A DNA stretch of 64,000 nt from Lepidodermella squamata (taxonomy: Eukaryota > Animalia > Gastrotricha), in contig JBLDXI010000009.1 of assembly GCA_047495785.1 (NCBI GenBank), positions 1,488,001-1,552,000 on the forward strand, written 5' to 3'. The notes below the pieces were generated by a model. The model saw only the letters and a list, made by a program, of their open reading frames with translations, was not told where the DNA came from and did not search any database. This document shows positions 12,990 to 22,835 of this stretch, piece by piece. Position numbers and translations under genes: made by a program. The first letter of the stretch is position 1. Every line of letters starts with the position of its first letter.

Positions 12990-14028
12990 ATGGCCGGCGA
13001 CATGAGCGATCTTGACCGTCAGATAGAACAGCTGCGCCGCTGTGAGCTCATCAAAGAGAGCGAGGTGAAGGCGCTGTGTGGCAAGGCGAAAGAAATTCTC
13101 GCCGAAGAATCCAACGTGCAGCGAGTCGACGCCCCTGTCACTGTATGCGGCGATATTCACGGCCAGTTCTACGACCTGAAAGAGCTTTTCCGTGTCGGCG
13201 GCGATGTCCCCTATACTAATTACCTCTTTCTCGGCGATTTCGTCGATCGAGGCTTCTACTCTGTTGAAACTTTTCTTCTCTTATTGGCCCTTAAGGTGGG
13301 TTTTTTTTATATTATTTTTTAATTTTTTTTTTTAATTTTTCTAAATTGTTACAGGTCCGCTATCCAGATCGTATTGTGCTCATCAGAGGCAATCACGAAT
13401 CCCGTCAAATCACCCAAGTATACGGCTTTTACGATGAATGTCTCAAAAAGTACGGCAGTGTTAGTGTATGGCGTTACTGCACAGAAGTATTTGATTTCCT
13501 AACCCTCTCGGCTGTTATCGATGGCAGAGTAAGGATAGAGCGAGATAAAATACCGCAAATCTACCTTAATTTTTTGTGTAGATTTTCTGTGTCCACGGCG
13601 GCCTTTCTCCCTCGATTCAGAATCTGGACCAAATTCGAAGCATCGACCGCAAGCAAGAAGTACCCCATGACGGCCCTATGTGCGACCTGCTGTGGTCTGA
13701 CCCGGATGACACACAAGGCTGGGGCGTGAGTCCCCGCGGCGCCGGTTACCTGTTCGGCGCCGACGTCGTGCAACAGTTCAACCAGACCAACAACATCGAC
13801 CTGATCTGCCGCGCGCATCAGCTTGTCATGGAAGGCTACAAGTGGCACTTCACCGACACGGTGCTAACGATCTGGTCGGCGCCAAACTACTGCTACCGGT
13901 GCGGCAATGTCGCCGCGATTCTTGAGCTGGACGAACACCTCAAGAAAGAGTTCACCATCTTCGAAGCGGCGCCGCAAGAAACGCGAGGCGCGCCGTTGAA
14001 GCGACCCCAGCCAGATTATTTCCTGTGA
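12990..14028 (+). CDS. PPP4C: Serine/threonine protein phosphatase 4 catalytic subunit
   Basis: [25 protein letters not shown]; [29 protein letters not shown]; C-terminal DYFL; introns 13296-13354 and 13529-13581. Confidence 0.95.
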
Positions 14029-14697
14029 TCTATTACCGTCGTCCGTCCGTCTGTCTCTCTCTTTCTCGCGAATCACATTCACTTCGTTTCGTTCGATTTG
14101 TTCGTTTCTCTTTGCGTATTTATGGCGAGAGGCCGTCAGTTGCTATCGGCGTTTTTACGACTTTTTTAAAGTGTGTGTAAATATATATAATAAATGAAGT
14201 CACATTCTATTCGGAAAAAGCACTAGTATTGCTTATATGATAGTCTGAGCGTCCACAAGAGGAAGCAACTTGATGTGTGATAAAAATAAAGCGAATATCC
14301 GGTAATAACTGAATAACGTGTTGAATCTTCTTGAACTGCTGATGAAAAATTTAAGGTGAACTGAACATGAAATATAAAGCTCATATTTGCCAAAATCAGC
14401 GGCGTTAAATCCAGAACAGTAAAACTTGCCTTTGTGCATGCTTATTCAGCAAAAATAAGTGATACGTGAAACGTTAAAATATTCTTCTTTGGAAATAAAT
14501 TGGATTCGTAACTACTTATATTGTTGTAAATATGCGCTTGAAATAGGCCTCGATGAATCTACTTTTGCCTTGTCCGTTATTGTTACATTCAACATACTAC
14601 TGATCATTTCTTTTCGGAAAAGTGGAGACATAAAAAGCCGGGAACTTTTCGCTATAATGCAATTTTTTGATTTTAGATGCTAACGTAAAATGAGGGT

Positions 14698-15864
14698 ATG
14701 AAACCTGCTTTCCCGCGTTGTCTCTTTGAAAATCAATTGGATGATCTATCGCTTCGCTGCAAGACATCTAGCGAATGGAATGAAGACGTCGATCATTCGG
14801 CGATCGAAGCATTTTCGTCCCCGGTCGAAAATGAGACCAACAGCGACGACGACGACGACCGTTATTCCCTTCTCGACTTTCCAGCCGAAGTTCTAGCTCA
14901 TATTCTATCTTTCGTTGATAAGGAAACACTCTTCTCGTCCTGTGCGGTTGTCTGCTCCAGGTAAATTTTCGATTTCTCGTTTTTTCTCAATTTTAGATTG
15001 GCAATTTTCAGGCTGTACCGTTTGATCAAATCAAAGGCGTTTTGGGCGTCTGAACTCGAGCGAAATTTCACAATGCCCGAGTTGTCTTGGATTGCGGCAA
15101 TATCTCCTGATAATTCGATTTTCATCGACTTCGGCCGGCTTGTCGTGTGCCAGCCGTTTCGGCGTAATCTCATCAAAAACTGCTGTGGCGAGTTGAAATC
15201 CGGCAAATTCTGGACAATAACGGCGCCGGGCGAGTTTCAACTCGCGGTCGAAATCAACAAAAGCTCAGCTGTTGCGCCTGGCATCGGCATGCGAATGACC
15301 ATGGCAGAACTCGCGGCTGTTCCACATCCAACTTGGCTCGATTTGCCCGCGAGCAATTGCTGCTTCGCGATATCGTTCGCCATGTTAGATATGGAACAGT
15401 TAGTAGACTTCACTAAAATTGGGTGCCAAAGTGAGGTAGGAAAAAATGTAATAAAACCATCCATTTTTCATCAGCCCCATTACATACTTTCAAATAAAAC
15501 TCAGCCTTAATATTTTCTGTAATTCTAGATTTTGGACATACTCAGGCCACCTATTGCTGTGGGTGAGTGGATGGCTAGTCGCGTTGAGGATGCGTTGATG
15601 TGCCGACTCGACCTGGCCCTGCTGGACGCGAACGGCTCAGAACTTGCCCATCACACGTGTGAAAATCGACTGGCCAACTCGGCGAATGGCAATTGGCGGC
15701 CTGTTTCTTACATTTTCACTGGCTACCCGACCGGTGTTCGCCGCCTGCTGTTTCGCCATTCTGCTACTGATCCGCACTATGCCTTTGACCAATTCGGCGC
15801 GAAATTCGCCGGTGCAACTGTCAAGATTTTGTTCCCATCGCACCTCTTAAGCAACAGCAGCTGA
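14698..15864 (+). CDS. F-box protein with FBA domain (FBXO2/6/44-like), copy 1
   Basis: F-box LLDFPAEVLAHILSFV..C..VC; FBA motifs PFRRNLIKN, LD..RPPIAVGEW, W..VSYIFTGYPTGVR; 3 exons. Confidence 0.85.
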
Positions 15865-16256
15865 CGATTCTTCAATCTTCCTCCTTATTCTCGCTCACTC
15901 ATTTAAATGTCAATTTTTTTGCGTTTATTCTATATTTGAATACACACTCGTTTAGCCTTCTTCTCCTTCATCTTCTGCTTCTTCTTTCGACGTGGTCGAT
16001 TTCACTTGTGTATGTATGTATGTATTTTTTACTTTTGACGCGCGCCTGTTCGATTTATGAAATTATATGCTGTCACCGTGCAACTTTGTTGATTCAGTGA
16101 CTTCTTGGTTTTCGTTCCGTTCGATGGACAGCAAAGCTTTACACAACCATCGGCTGTCTTTGAAGTGTTTAATTTTGTTTATTTCAATAAAAAATCAATT
16201 GCAATCATTAATAGCTGGCCTTTTTCGAATATTATGTCTCTTTTTTGTTCATTTAG

Positions 16257-17393
16257 ATGCCGAAACGAGCCGTGGAGGGTAAACGTCATAGAAAATCAGC
16301 GAAGAGGCCGCATATTGAATGGAAACATGGCGTGAAGACACGAGGAATGCTGAGCAAGGCCTCGAGTAACGTTACGATATTGAGTTTACCTCCCGAAATT
16401 ATTACGAGAATTTTCGAATTTATCGACGCTGCTTATTTGCTGCGTTCTTGTAGGCTCGTATGCCAAAGGTAATGTCCTAATTCGCTCGAAATTCCACCTT
16501 AATCGTGAATTTTTATCGTCAATTCAGATTCAATAGTCTTATTTTAGCTGGAGGATTTGCTGAAGAAATGCTTCGAAGAGATTACGGGAATGAAGGCTAT
16601 GAAAAATTAGCTGGAAGCGGCATCAACGCTGTTGAAATTCGTCGGTTTTTCAACGCGAATTTTTACGGTGGAATGTACCGCTGGGGCTCTTTTGCCAAGC
16701 CGCTCACCGCTCACATGTTGCGTGGGCATCAGTGCAACGAAGAGAGTATCACTCATTTTCATAATGCTGTCAGGTCAGTTTCAACTTCTCCTTTCATGGC
16801 GTGGATGGACAGCCCGCCTTGCTATTGCTTGTTCTCTCGGCGAATTCCAACAGCACGCGTCAGAATCTCGTCGGAAGTCTACGGCTGGTGTTCTATCGAT
16901 TTTATTGATTTCGGTGTTCCTGTTGAAGTATAGGATTTTGATTTTGATTTTTCGAATTTGCTAAATTTGTTAAAGGTATTCGACCTCGTAAGACCTCCAA
17001 TCGCTGTTGGAATGTGGGATCCCCACCCTGGTGCGAGATTCGGCGTCACTGCCGGTATGAGGGCTAGACTAGCCGACGAAAACGGCAGAACACTTGCTCG
17101 AGCTGAATGTTATCCTGTAATTTGAAGTATTTTTTTCTCGATTTTTCTTGAATTATTTTTTTCAGGGTACTGATTCGCAGGGTCGGCAGAGCGTTTTTCA
17201 GCAGCTTGTTTTTACCGGCTATCCAGCCGGCGTGCGAAAAATGATTTTCTACGGGCCGAATTCGTTTCTTTACGCGGCCAAGTTCAATGGCCAGCCGAAC
17301 TTTTGCGGTGCCACTGTTAAACTTCTCACGAGACCGGTTTACGAAAATGCGTGTTTGAAACACAGCGGCGGGTTTATTTCTCATTTGCCGTAA
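16257..17393 (+). CDS. F-box protein with divergent FBA domain, copy 2
   Basis: F-box ILSLPPEIITRIFEFI..CRLVC; FDLVRPPIAVG and VFTGYPAGVRK..GATVKL match copy 1; 4 exons. Confidence 0.75.
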
Positions 17394-17638
17394 CGTTTTC
17401 GATGAATACTCAATTTTACCTGTGCCAAATTTTTCTTCGATTTGATCAAAAAATACTTACTTGAATACTGTTGAATACTTACTTGATAACTATACCTCAT
17501 ATATTTACTGCCAATATTTTTTATGCGAAGTAAAACTTTTCGATATTTGCTTGATTTTAAAGTGTTGTTTCCGTACTTCAACGTTGTTTCGTTCGAAATG
17601 AGTTCAATCAGAAAGCTGAAAATATTACGCGGTCCAGG

Positions 17639-18029
17639 CAGAGGTGGAAACAGGTCGGAAAAACTTGACCCAACCCGACCGGCGACCCAACTGGCACCCA
17701 GGTCACCCACCGGCAACCCAAGCCGATAGAAAGCCGGTGTACCCACGCCGGTTTACCAAAATCCACCAAAATCACCAAAATTCTAAAAATCAATTAGCGC
17801 AGGCCACACATTGTTGATAAAAACTTTCTTTCTACGCCAGCCAAGAATAATTTGTCGCGTGAGTCTCAGTACCGCGTTCAATTCGCTAAATTTGTTGCTT
17901 TCATGACGAAAATTCCAATTTACCGGTCAACCGGCTGGAATTTAGTCGACCCATACCCAACCGGCGACCTGACCCAACCGGCAAACGGCAGACTTACCGG
18001 CCGGTCAACCCGACCTGTTTCCACCTCTG
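17639..18029. mobile_element. Non-autonomous hAT-type DNA transposon (MITE), 391 bp
   Basis: Perfect 20-bp terminal inverted repeats CAGAGGTGGAAACAGGTCGG (17639-17658) and CCGACCTGTTTCCACCTCTG (18010-18029); identical 8-bp flanks GGTCCAGG (17631-17638, 18030-18037); subterminal ACCGG/ACCC repeats; no transposase. Confidence 0.9.
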
Positions 18030-18414
18030 GGTCCAGGTCAAAATTTCGAGTTTTTGACTCGTTTTTAGCTTTAAAGGGCATCGCGAAGGACGCTTCCTCT
18101 AATGAGCGAGCGATATTAGCACGTTTCTTGTTTGGCTACGCTTTTTTATCGGAAAATTGAGAAATATTAAAACTGACTTCTCGCGCTAAAAATAGCCTAA
18201 AAAGTCATTTTATTTTAAGCTGACCCTGAACCCAGCTATTTTCAAACCTGAATGTTGGTCAGTGCAAATAACGACGCGCTTGGTCAAGCATCTGGAAACT
18301 AATTATTGTGGTTAATTAGGGTGCAGTTGAGGTGCTTGCACTGAATCTGGGGTGAGAAACAACAATACCTGGACCACCCAATGCTTGGCGTTTTATATTA
18401 TAAGCCCACACCTT

Positions 18415-18487
18415 GCGGTTCGATAGATGCACGCAATTAGCGAGTTCGAATTTTGGTTGTAGTGGTTCATGTTGGGCAATAAATAGC
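18415..18487 (+). promoter_or_regulatory. Conserved upstream element of secreted precursor 1
   Basis: GCGGTTCG-N7-CACGCA-NTTAN-CGAGTTCGAA followed by GGCAATAAATAGC; the same blocks occur at 19464-19528. Confidence 0.6.
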
Positions 18488-18548
18488 GCCAATATTTCGG
18501 TGATTTCATTATCATATTTCAAACGCTTTTGATCACACTCGAGGTACC

Positions 18549-19154
18549 ATGTCTAGCTTTGTTGCCATCTTGCTCGTGGCATCAGTTTTTTGCGCTACCG
18601 GCGGGCGATGTGACGACCCAGTTAACAAGTCGATAATAATCCCTCACCGTGCCCGTGATTTCCAGGTCAACAGTGAGGACTTGAAACGTGACGATTACAA
18701 TCCGCTTTCTGTGCTGTACCAGCTGTTCGGCCAGGGTAATATTGCAACCGAATTGGGATACAAGCGACGGTCCATCGATGATAGCGAGTCTAGCGAGTCT
18801 AGCGAGTCTAACGAGTCTAACGAGTCTGGCGAATCGAGACAGTCATGCTGCGCCACGGTTCGCTGCGCAGCTGGATACAAATGCGTCTGCAAGAAAAATG
18901 GCTTTGCTGGCTGCCGCCCGGTCAAAGCAACAACGACGAAAGCCCCCCGAAAATGTAGACACCACCCCGGCTGCGCCTACACTTCATGTCCCTTCGGCTA
19001 TCAGTGCTGCGCGAAGAAAGGCAAACCTGAATGCTTCCTGAACGTTGACACCAGTGTGCAATGCTTCCCGAGTACTACGCAATGCGGAGGGAAATGTCCT
19101 TTGGATGCTAGATGCTGCGCTGACAAGGATGGCAAGGATTTTTGTGTTATGTAA
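18549..19154 (+). CDS. Secreted precursor 1: signal peptide, KR-flanked 24-aa peptide, acidic spacer, three 6-Cys modules
   Basis: Intronless 201-aa ORF with hydrophobic N-terminus; KR-DDYNPLSVLYQLFGQGNIATELGY-KRR; 18 Cys in the C-terminal half; AATAAA downstream; paralog at 19585. Confidence 0.85.
   Translation: MSSFVAILLVASVFCATGGRCDDPVNKSIIIPHRARDFQVNSEDLKRDDYNPLSVLYQLFGQGNIATELGYKRRSIDDSESSESSESNESNESGESRQSCCATVRCAAGYKCVCKKNGFAGCRPVKATTTKAPRKCRHHPGCAYTSCPFGYQCCAKKGKPECFLNVDTSVQCFPSTTQCGGKCPLDARCCADKDGKDFCVM
18783..18836 (+). repeat. Coding 9-bp tandem repeat (SES/NES acidic spacer)
   Basis: AGCGAGTCT x3, AACGAGTCT x2, GGCGAATCG. Confidence 0.85.
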
Positions 19155-19463
19155 GCCATAGCCCACAGGTGAAAAATTGGAAGAAATGACACATGAAAAA
19201 AACCTGTTCTGATGAACTTATTTTTGTACTTGATTTAATTTGAATTACAAATATTACAATAACGCCTAATAATCTGATATGGGGATGATTCAAAATGCAT
19301 TAATAAATAAAAATTACATGACCAACAAAGGCATTTGTTTTTATTATGAACCTTACACCATGTGGGAAACTACGAATGCGCAATTATTTCTGCGGTTTTG
19401 ATCCCGATGAGGTATGATTATGCGGTAAGGGCACCCGTAGACTTTGAAATGCGCCTTGTTCTC

Positions 19464-19528
19464 GCGGTTCGCCAGTTCCACGCAGTTAACGAGTTCGAAC
19501 CAAAGTTCGAAATAAGGCAATAAATAGC
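19464..19528 (+). promoter_or_regulatory. Conserved upstream element of secreted precursor 2
   Basis: GCGGTTCG-N7-CACGCA-GTTAA-CGAGTTCGAA ... GGCAATAAATAGC, ending about 56 nt before the ATG. Confidence 0.6.
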
Positions 19529-19584
19529 TCGAAAATTTGCAGGCTGGATCATCTTCTCTACTTTTTTTAGCACTCAAATAACTG

Positions 19585-20097
19585 ATGTCCAACCTTGTTG
19601 TCATCTTGCTCGTTGCAGCTGCCATTTGCGCTGTTGATGTGAGATGTGAAGATTCGGACGAGGGAGTCGACAAACGGTTATTCAGCTATGCTTCAAGAAT
19701 AGGCGCTCAGGAACGTGCGGCTGACAAGGAGAGAGCTGTCAAACCACAGGCGTGGGGCTGGAAGCGTGAAGACTACAACCCACTGTCCGTACTTTACCAG
19801 TTGTTTGGCCAAGGCAACATCGCAACCGATTTGGGATATAAGCGAAGTTACATCGACAACAGTGATTTGAGCAAATCTAAAGTATGTGGCTGTGTGACAG
19901 TTCGCTGCGCCGCTGGCTACGAATGCCGTTGCAACAGAGCTGGCGTTGCTGGATGCCACCCGGTGAAGCCAACCACGACCACGGCTCCTAGCTCATGCAA
20001 ATACCACCCTGACTGCGCTTTCACCTTGTGCCCCTTCGGAAGTCAGTGCTGCGATAATAAGAGAGGCTCGGCCGGATGCTTCCCGTTTGATAACTAG
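19585..20097 (+). CDS. Secreted precursor 2: signal peptide, two KR-flanked peptides, two 6-Cys modules
   Basis: Intronless 170 aa; KR-LFSYASRIGAQERAADKERAVKPQAWGW-KR-EDYNPLSVLYQLFGQGNIATDLGY-KR; Cys modules paralogous to precursor 1. Confidence 0.85.
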   Translation: MSNLVVILLVAAAICAVDVRCEDSDEGVDKRLFSYASRIGAQERAADKERAVKPQAWGWKREDYNPLSVLYQLFGQGNIATDLGYKRSYIDNSDLSKSKVCGCVTVRCAAGYECRCNRAGVAGCHPVKPTTTTAPSSCKYHPDCAFTLCPFGSQCCDNKRGSAGCFPFDN

Positions 20098-20520
20098 GAT
20101 GGCTAACACGATTGGCCTCAAATGAGTCCTACACTACGAACTACGAAAATCTGACCCTAAAAAGGTCAACTTAAAAAATAGTGTGTGCCTATTATAAAAT
20201 ATTTTATTTGATTCACAAATTTCATCGGTAATTCATCTGATGGCTACTTATAAATAAAATGATTATAGCTAAGTAACTAATTTGTTATTTCCACATTGTT
20301 ACACGATGAGAAAATGTTGAAGATGACCACGTAAAAAATGGAATTGCTGCTAGTTTCCCAGCCGGTGACCTCACCGTTGACAATCGGCATCTATTTCACA
20401 TGTATTAAAGAGCCCACTTCATGACCGTTTTTGAGTTTTATCAATTGATTTGCTTAGTCGCTAGCTCGATTTAGCTTTTTTCCCGTCGACAGACCGTGGT
20501 AACAGCCAAAAACAGCAAAC

Positions 20521-20617
20521 GCGACAAAACAGCAAATTTTTCAACTTGCGACATGACAGCAGAAACACGATGTATCTTCTACACATTCGCTGTTCTGCGA
20601 AGTTGCTGTTTTGTCGC
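20521..20617. repeat. Inverted repeat / imperfect hairpin
   Basis: GCGACAAAACAGCAA (20521-20535) and its exact reverse complement TTGCTGTTTTGTCGC (20603-20617), with partial inner pairing (ACAGC/GCTGT, TGTA/TACA). Confidence 0.6.
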
Positions 20618-21056
20618 CGTACCTCCCGGCACCATTCAATCTGCCGAACACGCATATCCGCGCAACAGAGTTTCGAACATTCTCACATAAAGTGACAAGA
20701 TAATCCCGCTGCCTCTGCGCGATTATTTCGCCTGACTTGCCATTATTGAGGTGGAAACAAGATTACTGCCCACTAAATGCCGCCTGCCAAACTGTATTCC
20801 GAGCGTGGAACACATAAATTATTCATGAACTCAGATTTGACAAATAATGCGGTCGGAGTTGAGGACAATTGTGGTGGTTTCATGCCTTGGTGAAGTGCAA
20901 CAAGGCCCCGCAAAGATCCACGCATTTTCTGATCAAGTGCCTTCAATTCACGGGGTTATTGGGTTCGCACTACGCACTGGTAACGCCTCCGGTATAAATA
21001 CTGGATCTTGCCTCGTTGTTGCCGACAGAAGTTATCAGATTTTTATAGAGAACACG

Positions 21057-21503
21057 ATGATGTTGGACAGTGCCATGACTCCTGTGCTTGTTTGTCTTGT
21101 AGTCTCTGCCGCCGTAATGATAGAAGCCGGTAGCAGCAACTTACGCCGGGACGGTCCCGAGAGGTCTCGTGGCCATAATTTCGCGAAGCGCTTTATGGGC
21201 GCCCTCATTGGCGCGGCACACAATCGCTACAATGAAAACAGCCAGCTGCAGAACGACAGACCCAATGACAACCAATACGCTTACTCCGCGTGGAAGCGTC
21301 GTAGTGACAACGCAATCCCGCCTATCAACGATGACGCACCTGAGTGCGATTCCTCAGCTCAAGGCTGCGCGGTGGTTAGGTGCACCTCTGGCTTTCAATG
21401 CTGCGGTAACGGCGATGGTACGGTTAGTTGTTATCCTATCAAGGCTGAATCCAGCGAAGAAGATCGGCATGGAAAAGGGTGCGATGACAATGCGCAACGT
21501 TGA
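21057..21503 (+). CDS. Secreted precursor 3: signal peptide, RR/KR/KRR-flanked peptides, one 6-Cys module plus an extra Cys
   Basis: TATAAATA at 20993; signal MTPVLVCLVVSAAVMIEA; KR-FMGALIGAAH...YAYSAW-KRR; CAVVRCTSGFQCCGNGDGTVSCYP is homologous to the modules in precursors 1 and 2. Start could be 21057, 21060 or 21075. Confidence 0.8.
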   Translation: MMLDSAMTPVLVCLVVSAAVMIEAGSSNLRRDGPERSRGHNFAKRFMGALIGAAHNRYNENSQLQNDRPNDNQYAYSAWKRRSDNAIPPINDDAPECDSSAQGCAVVRCTSGFQCCGNGDGTVSCYPIKAESSEEDRHGKGCDDNAQR

Positions 21504-22017
21504 ATGTATTAATTCATTCGATTAAAGCAATAAGACCTTTTATATCAGCTGTCTCTGCGTGTCTGATGTTATATTATGTATCAATTCTTCGAATAAAGTT
21601 ATTTCTCGCAAACAGTCGCAGTCTTTTTTCCGTGATTGGTAACTCGGAGTTCAAACTTGAACGCATCACGCAAAAAATGAAGCATTTTGATGATTAATAA
21701 TGCTCATCTGAACTCAGCTCTGGCCCACTTGCCACTAGCAACTTTGATTTGAACCCTGCGAGCACACGCAAGGTGAGCTGGGGCGCATGTACTTGGAAAT
21801 AGGCGCGCACGTGATTGCACGGTTCACAGCGCGGATTCTTTCACGCGGAAAAAATTGCACCAGTCTTTTATTGCTAGGCACGCTTATTTTGGCAAGTGAC
21901 CACTGTCGACTTATTCTCAATGTAAAATCTTACTTTGAAATATCTTTGTGTTTGGCTATTGGTCGTACTACCATCAAACTTGATTTTTTTAATAGTGAAT
22001 TTTCTTTGTTAAGGAGG

Positions 22018-22491
22018 ATGTTTCTCAATTACCTATGCCTTGCTTCGTTCATAATTGCGATATGCGCCGTCGTGACGATAACCAGCAGCCAGTCCGAAGG
22101 CATCAAAAAGCAGCAACCTTACAAGCCTAAAGCGCTAATCGGCCTCTGCCCAGGTAGAGACGAGGATTCAATAGTTGTAGAATAATAGCTAATTATTCCT
22201 TTCTCAGAGTTTCCCGACGCGAAATGTGTCTATAACGATCTTGGCAAGTTCGACTGCTTCTTGGATGGCAAAAAAGTCGAATGTGGCGATCAGCAGTCAG
22301 CAACCCGCTTTCATCTGCGCTACTACAGCGAGGATCATTCCGATGAAGAACCAGATGAGGAGAGCAACGATAGTTATGAGTCGTCCTATTCCCATCCGGT
22401 CTACTGTCACGTGAAACCCCCACCCTTCTGCATTGTAACAAGAGGCTGCCGACGTTGCTGCGTTAAACTCGGAAAAACTCATTGCTTCTAA
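22018..22491 (+). CDS. Secreted Cys-rich protein 4 (2 exons): 4-Cys module, acidic Tyr-rich spacer, basic 6-Cys module
   Basis: Signal MFLNYLCLASFIIAICAVVTITSS; intron 22154-22207 restores frame to give CPEFPDAKCVYNDLGKFDCFLDGKKVEC and a terminal CHVKPPPFCIVTRGCRRCCVKLGKTHCF. Confidence 0.75.
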
Positions 22492-22835
22492 GATAAACAA
22501 GCCGTTTGCATGTCATTCTTATTGGCCGACAGCCAAATTCGCTTTTCTTAATAAACAATTTTCGTTTACTCCCGAGTCACATGAGTCATCATTTTTCACG
22601 CCTCAGTCTCGTCTCCATATGACAATTTATGAGGGCGAAGACGCTAATTTGCATAGTGAACCCGAACTCACCTGCGCAGTTGGCGATTCGCGCACCCCTC
22701 GCCCACATGAAAACAACAATTAAGATTCCATAGAAGATGCTAGAGATTGAATATATAATCCAGTGAGCAAAACGACTCCTCAATTCGGCCAAAGAAACGT
22801 TGCACTCTTTTTTGTGAACTTTTATGACTCTAGAT

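Noticed and set aside
17523-18160. ORFs 17523-17729, 17381-17746 and 17852-18160 as genes or a transposase
   Set aside because: They arise from the GC-rich MITE repeats and show no transposase motifs.
18415-18450. tRNA gene suggested by GGTTCGA/GTTCGAA
   Set aside because: No A-box, cloverleaf or acceptor stem could be built here or at 19464.
18690-18761. Assignment of the conserved peptide to the CRF/DH44 family because of NPLxVL
   Set aside because: Only a few matching residues; the peptide is much shorter, lacks the LSI motif and is not amidated.
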